Part shown: positions 9,188 to 17,217 of the stretch, piece by piece
How positions within the stretch are numbered: position 1 is the first letter of the stretch
How the letters are laid out: the number at the start of each line of letters is the position of its first letter
NCBI GenBank assembly: GCA_964534745.1
Contig: CAZHQW010000009.1
Coordinates: 3,777 to 67,776, forward strand
Source of the DNA: an uncultured Bacteroidales bacterium
Lineage (GTDB): Bacteria; Bacteroidota; Bacteroidia; Bacteroidales; UBA10428
Direction: 5' to 3'
Length of the DNA stretch: 64,000 bases
Position numbers and translations under genes: made by a program
The notes under the pieces: model-generated
What the model was told of the DNA's origin: nothing
The model's input: the letters and a program-made list of their open reading frames with translations, nothing else
Databases searched by the model: none

Positions 9188-10048
9188 TTACTTTACCGGT
9201 TCAACAATATAGCCTTCAGCGGACAGCAAATTTATAATACCCTCTTTGCCGGGCAGATGGCCCGCCCCTATAGCTATAAAGGTTGACTGTCCGTTAATCA
9301 TCGGTTGTATTCTTTCCGCCATCCTTATATTCCTGTCAGTTAACAGGTTTTTACTTATCATTACCATAGACTTGTCTTTCTGCATCATCTCCAGAAGTTC
9401 CTCAAGCTGTGCTGACCGGTACAAACTGATAATATTTTCAATGTCCTCCTGTGCCCTGTCAATATTCCTGAAATAATCAATTATATATTCATATGGTATG
9501 CTGTCCATGATTTCGAGCTGCTCCTCAATAGTCTCAATGCCTATGACTTCTTTATCCAGTTCCTTTGCTTTCCTGTAAAAATATTCGTCTACAGAGACAT
9601 CAACATCGCTTGCAAACTGGTAGTTCATAACCAGGGATAATAAAGTTATTGGCTTGAGCCTGTCAAAGAGTCCGATACCCAGTCCGCTTACATCTTCAAC
9701 GACCGTCTTAATGAGCTTGTATTCTTCATCTGCAAACAGGTCTTTAAGAGTCTGATCTCCGGGAAGAATCATCTTTTGAGACAACAATATTAGGTTCTCT
9801 GTACTTAGGTCCACTTCCAGTGCGACGGCTTTACATTTTTCAAATGCTGCCGAAACGGAGTCATTAAATAAAAATACCCTTTTGTCTTTAATATGTATTG
9901 TCCCGTAAATATAGGACGTTGCTTTTAGATCATTGCCCGTTATTTTCCATAGCATGGACTGGGCAGCCAAATCGGACAGACATAAAATACCGCAGACAAG
10001 AAAGAGAAGAAAGCTGCACAGCTTTTTCGGCATTTTCATTTTTGTCAT
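9188..10048 (-). CDS. TraB/GumN family protein
   Basis: Signal peptide ends ...LAA|QS. MLWKITGNDLKATSYIYGTIHIKDKRVF matches the TraB/GumN N-terminal signature, and a GAGHL motif lies near the C-terminus. Confidence 0.75.
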   Translation of the reverse strand: MTKMKMPKKLCSFLLFLVCGILCLSDLAAQSMLWKITGNDLKATSYIYGTIHIKDKRVFLFNDSVSAAFEKCKAVALEVDLSTENLILLSQKMILPGDQTLKDLFADEEYKLIKTVVEDVSGLGIGLFDRLKPITLLSLVMNYQFASDVDVSVDEYFYRKAKELDKEVIGIETIEEQLEIMDSIPYEYIIDYFRNIDRAQEDIENIISLYRSAQLEELLEMMQKDKSMVMISKNLLTDRNIRMAERIQPMINGQSTFIAIGAGHLPGKEGIINLLSAEGYIVEPVK

Positions 10049-10160
10049 CAGCTATTGTATTTTTCAGGTACTATTAATTATGGCAATATTAATTAAAAGA
10101 ATCGTAATATTAAGGCCAGATTTAAATATGGGCGGTAATTTCTATTTACATATATTAGTT

Positions 10161-10168
10161 TATTTTTG
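10161..10168 (+). promoter_or_regulatory. candidate Bacteroidota -7 promoter box (TAnnTTTG)
   Basis: TATTTTTG lies 41 nt upstream of the ATG at 10209, in the divergent intergenic region. This is a motif match only. Confidence 0.3.
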
Positions 10169-10208
10169 TATAATAACCTTTAAAAATATAAACCTAACAC
10201 TTATAGTT

Positions 10209-11447
10209 ATGACTAAAAGTAACAGATACAACAGACGCGGATTTTTATCAAGGATGGTTACAGGTGCGGCATCGGCCGGAATGTTAGGTGTGGCGGGCAC
10301 TATAATTCCAGTATTCGGCAGCAGTAAACCTGGCCCGACGGCTGACAGCAAGCTTATATACCGCACTCTTGGCAATACGGGAATGAAGCTCCCTATCGTG
10401 AGCATGGGAGTCATGAATACAGACAATCCGAACCTTATAAGGGCAGCGCTGGATGCGGGAATAGTCCATATTGATACGGCACACGTCTATCTCAAGGGCA
10501 AGAGTGAAGTAATCCTGGGAGAAGTGCTAAAGGAAAGGCCGAGGGATTCATATTTTCTGTCCACAAAGATACAGCCCGAATGGGATGCTTCGGAAGGCTG
10601 GGGTAACAGGAGAGTATCTTCCGATTCCACAAAGGAGCTTTATCTTGAGAAGCTTAATACCAGCCTGAAGAGGCTGCAACTGGACTATGTCGATATATTA
10701 TATCTTCACGGAGTGAATACAAGAGAGGCCGTCCTTACCGAGAGGCTCCTTGATGCTCTTTCCACGGCAAAGAAGCAGGGCAAAATAAGATTTATAGGGA
10801 TGTCATTTCATGAAAATTTTCCCGAGCTTATCAGGGCTGCCATTGACAGCAAAGTATATGAAGTGATACTTACTGTTTATAATATACAGATGTACGGATG
10901 GCAGGAGATGGATCAGGCCCTTGCTGAAGCTGCAGAAGCTGGACTGGGAATTGTAGCTATGAAGACGCAGGCCGGGGGATACTGGGACAAGGAACGGCAG
11001 CATCCAATAAATATGAAAGCCGCATTAAAGTGGTCACTTCAGAATGAGAACATATGTACTGCCATTCCCGGAATGACGACCTTTGACCAGCTGAGCCAGA
11101 ATATGTCAGTAATGGAAGATCTGAAACTTACACCGGAAGAGGAACAGGACCTGCGTATGGGACAGGAAATGGGACTGGCAGGTATGTTCTGTATCCAGTG
11201 CAGGAAATGCGTGCCGCAATGCCGCAAGGGACTTGATATACCCACTCTTATGAGATCATACATGTATGCTTACGGCCACAGGAACCTTGCAGTTGCCGGT
11301 GAGACAATACACTCTGTGAATATAAAGAGCGAGCCTTGCACAGACTGCCAAGAATGCAGCGTGAACTGCACAATGGGCTTTGACATTAAGAACAGGGTAT
11401 CAGACATTGCCAGGCTAAGGGATATCCCCACAGAGTTCCTTGCCTGA
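10209..11447 (+). CDS. Tat-exported aldo/keto reductase with a C-terminal 4Fe-4S dicluster-type domain
   Basis: Twin-arginine leader is MTKSNRYNRRGFLSRMVTGAASAG. The AKR core is GIVHIDTAHVYLKGKSEVILGEVL. Two CxxCxxCxxxC motifs are present (CIQCRKCVPQC and CTDCQECSVNC). The tracked start at 9933 overlaps the TraB gene and was rejected. Confidence 0.8.
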   Translation: MTKSNRYNRRGFLSRMVTGAASAGMLGVAGTIIPVFGSSKPGPTADSKLIYRTLGNTGMKLPIVSMGVMNTDNPNLIRAALDAGIVHIDTAHVYLKGKSEVILGEVLKERPRDSYFLSTKIQPEWDASEGWGNRRVSSDSTKELYLEKLNTSLKRLQLDYVDILYLHGVNTREAVLTERLLDALSTAKKQGKIRFIGMSFHENFPELIRAAIDSKVYEVILTVYNIQMYGWQEMDQALAEAAEAGLGIVAMKTQAGGYWDKERQHPINMKAALKWSLQNENICTAIPGMTTFDQLSQNMSVMEDLKLTPEEEQDLRMGQEMGLAGMFCIQCRKCVPQCRKGLDIPTLMRSYMYAYGHRNLAVAGETIHSVNIKSEPCTDCQECSVNCTMGFDIKNRVSDIARLRDIPTEFLA

Positions 11448-11477
11448 TATTAATTTTAAACCGCAAAATACAGAATT

Positions 11478-12683
11478 ATGAAAAAATCAGTAAAAACAAG
11501 CAGAAAAGAATGCAAGTATTATGTAACCGGACTGGTTTATGCTATGTTAGTACTAACATCATATTCCCAGTCACCCGTTCCCCAGGATGCAGAGCTGGAA
11601 AAGATTGCTGAAGGATTTCAGTTTGTCGAGGGCCCTGTCTGGGTTGACGGAGTCGGACTACTTTTCAGTGATATACCTGCAAATACAGTGTATCAATGGA
11701 CTGCTGAAGGAGGAGTGGTTACATATCTTAGTCCGTCAGGAAATTCAAACGGACTGGCACTTGACCTGCAGAGCCGTTTGCTGCTGGCGCAGCACGGTAA
11801 CCGCCGTATTGCACGCATAGAAGAGAACGGCACCGAAACAGCCCTTGCAGAATATTATAACGGCAAGCGCCTCAACAGTCCGAATGACATAGCTGTTAAA
11901 TCCGACGGCTCGATATTTTTTACCGACCCAGCATACGGGATATCTCCCGGACAGGAAGAGCTGGATTTTGCAGGTATCTACAGGATTAGTCCGGCCGGTG
12001 TTTTGCACCTGCTGGATAGTACCGTAAGCTGGCCAAACGGTATTGCTTTTACTCCTGACGAGACAAAGCTGTATGTCGGGGATTCACAAGCAGGGATAAT
12101 ATATATATATGATGTTGTCGATGATACCATCATTACCAACAGGCAGCAATTTGCCTTTATGAGTGCTTCAGGTGGAACTGACGGCATGAAGACAGATGAG
12201 GAGGGGCATTTGTTTTCTACGGGTCCGTTCGGTGTCTGGGTATACGCAGCGGACGGCACGGTGCTTGATACAATTGAGGTGCCCGGCCAGACAACAAACT
12301 GTAACTGGGGTGATGATGACAGGCAGACCCTTTATATAACATCTGGAACAGATGTATATAAGATACGTATAGGGGAACCTCTTGTATCATCTGTTAATAG
12401 AAAACAAAGTACTTCTGAACTGAGCGGACAGTTTTACTCCTATCCGAATCCCTTCAGCAGTGAAACAACTATTCTTTATACTGTTCCCTGTGAATATCAT
12501 GTATCATTAAAGGTATTTGATGTAATGGGCAACGAGGTAAGGACTCTTGTTGATAAAAAAGTAGGAGCCGGACAGCACAGTATAGTATTTAATGCTGCCA
12601 ATCTCACGGGAAGTATATATTTATGCAGGCTTCAGGCCGGGGATGACTTTACAGAGTCAAAAAGAATCATGTTTGTCAGGTAG
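11478..12683 (+). CDS. SMP-30/gluconolactonase/LRE family protein with a T9SS type-A C-terminal sorting domain
   Basis: Contains EGFQFVEGPVWVDGVGLLFSDIPANTVYQW and NSPNDIAV. The last ~80 aa (YSYPNPFSSETTILYTV...VFDVMGNEV...GQHSIVFNA...) fit the Por secretion tail. Confidence 0.8.
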   Translation: MKKSVKTSRKECKYYVTGLVYAMLVLTSYSQSPVPQDAELEKIAEGFQFVEGPVWVDGVGLLFSDIPANTVYQWTAEGGVVTYLSPSGNSNGLALDLQSRLLLAQHGNRRIARIEENGTETALAEYYNGKRLNSPNDIAVKSDGSIFFTDPAYGISPGQEELDFAGIYRISPAGVLHLLDSTVSWPNGIAFTPDETKLYVGDSQAGIIYIYDVVDDTIITNRQQFAFMSASGGTDGMKTDEEGHLFSTGPFGVWVYAADGTVLDTIEVPGQTTNCNWGDDDRQTLYITSGTDVYKIRIGEPLVSSVNRKQSTSELSGQFYSYPNPFSSETTILYTVPCEYHVSLKVFDVMGNEVRTLVDKKVGAGQHSIVFNAANLTGSIYLCRLQAGDDFTESKRIMFVR

Positions 12684-12786
12684 CAAAATCCATCACTAAT
12701 TGGAATCATTTTACACACCCGCTATAGGGAATAAATGGCTATATTTAATTATAATCCGCGATAAATAACCAGATAAAATAACAACT

Positions 12787-15600
12787 ATGAGAACACGTTT
12801 GTTTTTTTTCTTTGTATTAGCCTTAATACCAATACTGGACCGGTGTTCCGGAGGTAATAAAATGATTGAACCCATTAAAAATGGGATACAGCTTGAAACA
12901 AAAGAATTAAACCTGAAGGTCCGGTTTTATGCTGACAACATTGTGCGCGTCGTCAAATGGCTTCCCGGGGGAACGCCCGAGAAACTCAGCCTTTCTGTTA
13001 TTCATGACAGCCTGCCTGGTCTGGATATCAGTATAAAGGAAAAGTCAGGGTACATAATTATCAGCAGCAGCAAAATAATAGTACGCATAGCAAAAAATAG
13101 CGGCAGAATAGAGTTCTTTGACAGTAATAATGAAATAATCCTTAATGAACAGGATAAACCTTCATTCACAGAGGTCGAAATTAATGAAGATAAGTCTTAC
13201 AATGTGGAGCAGAAGTTCAGGCTGACACCCGATGAAGGAATTTACGGACTGGGACAACATCAGGATGGCTATATGAATTACAGGGGATGCACCGTAAACC
13301 TGGTACAGACAAATACCGATGCGGTAAATCCCTTTATTATATCTACACGAAAATACGGAATATTATGGGACAATTACTCCAGGACAGTTTTTAAGGATGA
13401 TAAGGAAACTTCGATATGGTCGGAGATGGGGGATAATATTGACTATTACTTTATTTACGGCAGTACCATGGATGATGTTATTGCGGGATACAGGGAACTA
13501 ACCGGACAGGTGCCGATGTATGGCAGGTGGGCATATGGTTACTGGCAGAGCAAGGAGCATTATAAAGATCGTAATGAACTGCTGGGTGTTGTTGAAGAGT
13601 ACCGCAGGCGCAGGATACCTGTTGATAATATTGTACAGGACTGGAACTACTGGGATGGCAATGAAAACTGGAGCCAGATGTTTTTTGATCCAAAGAAATA
13701 CCCTGAACCAGCAGATATGATCCGCAGAATACATGATCTAAATTTTCATATTATGATCTCAATATGGCCGGGACTTGGTCCGAATACCCTTATATACAAA
13801 GATATGGAGCAGAGGGACTACCTTTTTAACACCACGGGATGGGCAGGGTTTAAATATTTTGATGCATTTATCCCCGAAGCCAATGATCTGTACTGGGAAT
13901 ACATGAAAAAAGGGCTGTACTCAACAGGTATTGATGCCTGGTGGATCGATTCCACTGAGCCTGATATCGTTAATGCCACAACAAAGGAAGCCGAAGAATA
14001 TGAAATGAAGAAGGTGGGAAGAAATCACCTGGGTTCCTGGGCAAGGTATTTAAATGCTTATTCCCTTGTAATGATGGATAAGCTTTATGAGAACCAGCGC
14101 AAGGAGACTGATCAGAAACGTGTGTACATGCTTACGCGTTCTGCCTTTGCAGGCCAGCAGCGTTCGGCCGCCACTACGTGGTCAGGTGATATAGGGGCAA
14201 GCTGGGATATTTACAGGAAGCAGATAACTGCCGGCATAAATTTCTGCATGTCGGGCATACCTTACTGGACATTTGATATTGGGGCTTTTGTTCTGGGCGC
14301 CTATGGCGGAGTATTCTCCAACGGGGGCAAGGATCCCGCTTACCAGGAGCTGTATGCACGCATGTTTCAGTTTGGTGCTTTTTGTCCGATATTCAGGGCG
14401 CATGGCTCGGAGACACCTCGTGAAATATGGGAATTTGGTGAGTTCTCGGATGAGATGATAAAATTCGACAATCTGAGGTACCGCCTGCTTCCCTATATTT
14501 ATTCGCTTGCCTGGCAGGTTACAAGCAAGGGTTATACCATTATGCGCGGACTGCCGATGGATTTTTGTAAAGATGAAGAAGCAAGGTCCGTGGATGACCA
14601 GTATATGTTCGGCCCTTCAATAATGGTTTGTCCGGTCACGGAATATATGATCCACAGGCCGCCGGAGAACAGCATACTTGTTTCTCCCGAACATTTCAGG
14701 ACCAAAGACGGCAGGCAGGGTTTGCTTGCCAGGTATTATAAGGACCCTGAGTACAAAACAATGTATTTCGAAGAGGTTGTGCCAAATATTGACTATTTGT
14801 GGTATACGGGGCGCCCTGATTATGTGACTGATTCGTGCTATTCAATACGATGGGAGGGTAAGCTTATTCCTGCACAAACGGGCAAATACCAGTTTCATGT
14901 CAAATGCTATGATGCAAAGCGTATATTTATTGACGGCAGAGAGCTTCCGTACATTTATACAAGTGTTGAACAATATACTGATTATATTGAACTTGAAGCG
15001 GGCAGGGGATATGATTTTGTAATGGAAACCGAGAACAGGTCAACGGGAGCATCAAAAATTAAGCTCTACTGGAAGACTCCCGAATTATTCAAAAAAGAAG
15101 CAACTGCTGAGAAGAGGAAGAAAACAAAAGAGGTGTATCTTCCGGCTCATAGTAAGTGGACTGACTTCTGGACCGGCAGGACTTATACGGGAGGAAAGAC
15201 AATTAGTGCAGATGCACCTATTGATAAGATTCCTTTGTTAGTCAGGGCAGGTTCAATTATTCCCATGGGACCGTTCCTGCAATATTCTACGGAAAGGCCG
15301 GCCGATACTATTGAAATACGCATTTATCCCGGGGCTGACGGTATTTTTACCCTTTATGAAGATGAAAATGATAATTACAATTATGAAAAGGGCTACTATG
15401 CGACTATTGATTTTCAGTGGGATGATGCAAAAAAGCAGCTTACTGTCGCAGAGCGCGAGGGCTCATTTCCGGGAATGCTGGAAAAGAGGCTGTTCCAGCT
15501 AGTGCTCGTCAGGGAGAACCACGGAACGGGTATTGATATAACATTAAAACCTGATAAGACAATTACTTACGACGGTAACAGGCAGATTATTCAGTTATAA
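12787..15600 (+). CDS. glycoside hydrolase family 31 (alpha-xylosidase/alpha-glucosidase type) with an inserted PA14 domain
   Basis: Contains GIDAWWIDSTEPD and YMLTRSAFAGQQRSAATTWSGDI. The PA14-like block is LLARYYKD...YSIRWEGKLIPAQTGKYQFHVKCYDAKRIFIDG. Confidence 0.85.
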   Translation: MRTRLFFFFVLALIPILDRCSGGNKMIEPIKNGIQLETKELNLKVRFYADNIVRVVKWLPGGTPEKLSLSVIHDSLPGLDISIKEKSGYIIISSSKIIVRIAKNSGRIEFFDSNNEIILNEQDKPSFTEVEINEDKSYNVEQKFRLTPDEGIYGLGQHQDGYMNYRGCTVNLVQTNTDAVNPFIISTRKYGILWDNYSRTVFKDDKETSIWSEMGDNIDYYFIYGSTMDDVIAGYRELTGQVPMYGRWAYGYWQSKEHYKDRNELLGVVEEYRRRRIPVDNIVQDWNYWDGNENWSQMFFDPKKYPEPADMIRRIHDLNFHIMISIWPGLGPNTLIYKDMEQRDYLFNTTGWAGFKYFDAFIPEANDLYWEYMKKGLYSTGIDAWWIDSTEPDIVNATTKEAEEYEMKKVGRNHLGSWARYLNAYSLVMMDKLYENQRKETDQKRVYMLTRSAFAGQQRSAATTWSGDIGASWDIYRKQITAGINFCMSGIPYWTFDIGAFVLGAYGGVFSNGGKDPAYQELYARMFQFGAFCPIFRAHGSETPREIWEFGEFSDEMIKFDNLRYRLLPYIYSLAWQVTSKGYTIMRGLPMDFCKDEEARSVDDQYMFGPSIMVCPVTEYMIHRPPENSILVSPEHFRTKDGRQGLLARYYKDPEYKTMYFEEVVPNIDYLWYTGRPDYVTDSCYSIRWEGKLIPAQTGKYQFHVKCYDAKRIFIDGRELPYIYTSVEQYTDYIELEAGRGYDFVMETENRSTGASKIKLYWKTPELFKKEATAEKRKKTKEVYLPAHSKWTDFWTGRTYTGGKTISADAPIDKIPLLVRAGSIIPMGPFLQYSTERPADTIEIRIYPGADGIFTLYEDENDNYNYEKGYYATIDFQWDDAKKQLTVAEREGSFPGMLEKRLFQLVLVRENHGTGIDITLKPDKTITYDGNRQIIQL

Positions 15601-15618
15601 GCAAAAAAAGGAATACTT

Positions 15619-15966
15619 TTACCTTAAATATTGTATGATATTTATAATGTTATTGGTAATGATATATACGGCATACAATCCACCCATTATTATTCCGATA
15701 ATTTTGAGGATTTTATTTCTGAGGGCAATACCCAGAATAACGGGACCGGCGGCCCATATTATGTTTAATAAAAAGTACAGGTATCTGGCTGCAGAATCAT
15801 ACCATCCCGGATATAATTTATTTAACAGGAAGGTCACCAGGCTATAAAAGAGCATATATGCAATAACAATAAATACTAACATGTCTGACACTGTGCTGCC
15901 GCCATTTTGTCCGGTATATGTCGGAGGTGTTGGGGGCTTGCTATTCATGGTATTTGTTGATTCCAT
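15619..15966 (-). CDS. small integral membrane protein (3 predicted TM helices), paralog A
   Basis: 115 aa, starting MESTNTM..., with hydrophobic helices. It is clearly a paralog of the next gene (shared IVIAYMLF, AAGP.VLG.A.RN..LKIIGII.G.LYA.Y). Confidence 0.5.
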   Translation of the reverse strand: MESTNTMNSKPPTPPTYTGQNGGSTVSDMLVFIVIAYMLFYSLVTFLLNKLYPGWYDSAARYLYFLLNIIWAAGPVILGIALRNKILKIIGIIMGGLYAVYIITNNIINIIQYLR

Positions 15967-15973
15967 AGTTTGT
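15946..15973 (-). repeat. 28-nt block identical to 16312-16339 (start-codon region of paralog A)
   Basis: CATGGTATTTGTTGATTCCATAGTTTGT (plus strand) occurs in both copies. It covers codons 1-7 plus 7 nt of leader. Confidence 0.9.
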
Positions 15974-16008
15974 GTTTTAAGTCTGTATTAATTTCAATAA
16001 TTTATATT

Positions 16009-16332
16009 TTAAAAATGTTTTATAAACGCTATTAATTGCGTTATACTAGTTAAAACTGCATATATTGCATAAAGAGCACCTATTATTATACCGATAATTT
16101 TAAGGGTTCTGTTTCTGATGGCAAAACCGAGTACAAGGGGACCTGCAGCTGCAATTATTCCAAAAGCAGTATAAATATACCTCATGATTGAATGATTCCA
16201 CCAACCTCCAGAGATTATATTTATAAGAAAAATCACCAGGGCATGAAAGAGCATATATGCAATAACTATTAATATTAATATGTCAGAAGTTGTGGTTCCA
16301 TAACTTCTTTCCATGGTATTTGTTGATTCCAT
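16009..16332 (-). CDS. small integral membrane protein, paralog B
   Basis: 107 aa with the same MESTNTM start and the same TM layout as 15619-15966. Confidence 0.5.
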   Translation of the reverse strand: MESTNTMERSYGTTTSDILILIVIAYMLFHALVIFLINIISGGWWNHSIMRYIYTAFGIIAAAGPLVLGFAIRNRTLKIIGIIIGALYAIYAVLTSITQLIAFIKHF

Positions 16333-16339
16333 AGTTTGT
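16312..16339 (-). repeat. 28-nt block identical to 15946-15973 (start-codon region of paralog B)
   Basis: Exact match read from the sequence. The copies are 366 nt apart. Confidence 0.9.
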
Positions 16340-16417
16340 TTTTAGGATTTATATTAAAGTAATTTTTTATTAGAGTCCGGAGTTTCAAAATAGCATTTTT
16401 TTTCCATTATTTCCAAA

Positions 16418-17206
16418 TTATTTGTAAGCCATGGCCCTGTTCCAGTAGAAATAGGTGCTTGCATCTTCCATGCTAACAAAATCTTTTAATTCGCTAATGG
16501 CGTCCTTTATTTTTTCTTCGGTTAAAAGGTTATGGTCAATCAGTTTTTTTTGCGCTCCTTCAATATTTCCAATAAGATTTTCAATCCATGGTCTGAATGT
16601 TTTAAGGTCATAATAATGAAATTCAGGTGCAGGTGACAATTCTATTTTTTTAAAGTTACTTTTTTTCAGCAATGAATATATTTTTTTCCCGATAAGTGCA
16701 TCACCTCCCAGCTCATACTGAAGGAGAGCGAATTTTTGCCATGCTTTCTTAAAATGAGGGCACTCCGGATACATTTCTATTGCAAGGATATTGTTCTCCT
16801 GGACAAATACCCTTCCTCCCTTTATCAATACACGCCATACTTCATTAAGCACCTTAATGGGATTGGCGACATGTTCAAGGATATAGCGGCAATATACAAT
16901 ATCGAAAGATTCATCTTTGAAGGGCATTTTATGGGCATCACCCTTTACAAAGGTAAGGTTCGGCAATGTAGAAGGGCATTTTTTCAGCTGGTCAGCCGAT
17001 TTTTCGAGTCCGGTCACATGCCCGCCCGGTATTTTCTTTGCTACCTCCGCTGCCAGTAGTCCGAGTCCGCTCCCAACCTCAAGAACCCTGTCTGCCGGAC
17101 GGAGACTGAGAAAATTAATGAAGGATTTATTGGTCATACTGTTGAGTGTGGCCAGGCGATCCTGTTCTCCTCCATCTGTTCCGTGTATGTAAATATTCTT
17201 ACCCAT
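16418..17206 (-). CDS. class I SAM-dependent methyltransferase (Methyltransf_11-like)
   Basis: Contains VLEVGSGLGLLAAEVA, then GLEKS, then FDIVYCRYILEHV and IKGGRVFV. Confidence 0.75.
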   Translation of the reverse strand: MGKNIYIHGTDGGEQDRLATLNSMTNKSFINFLSLRPADRVLEVGSGLGLLAAEVAKKIPGGHVTGLEKSADQLKKCPSTLPNLTFVKGDAHKMPFKDESFDIVYCRYILEHVANPIKVLNEVWRVLIKGGRVFVQENNILAIEMYPECPHFKKAWQKFALLQYELGGDALIGKKIYSLLKKSNFKKIELSPAPEFHYYDLKTFRPWIENLIGNIEGAQKKLIDHNLLTEEKIKDAISELKDFVSMEDASTYFYWNRAMAYK

Positions 17207-17217
17207 TTAACATAATA

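Noticed and set aside
9933-10208. N-terminal 92-codon extension of the aldo/keto reductase ORF.
   Set aside because: It overlaps the TraB/GumN gene on the opposite strand and then runs across the divergent promoter region. The internal ATG at 10209 is followed directly by a textbook Tat leader (RRGFLS), so that is the likelier start.
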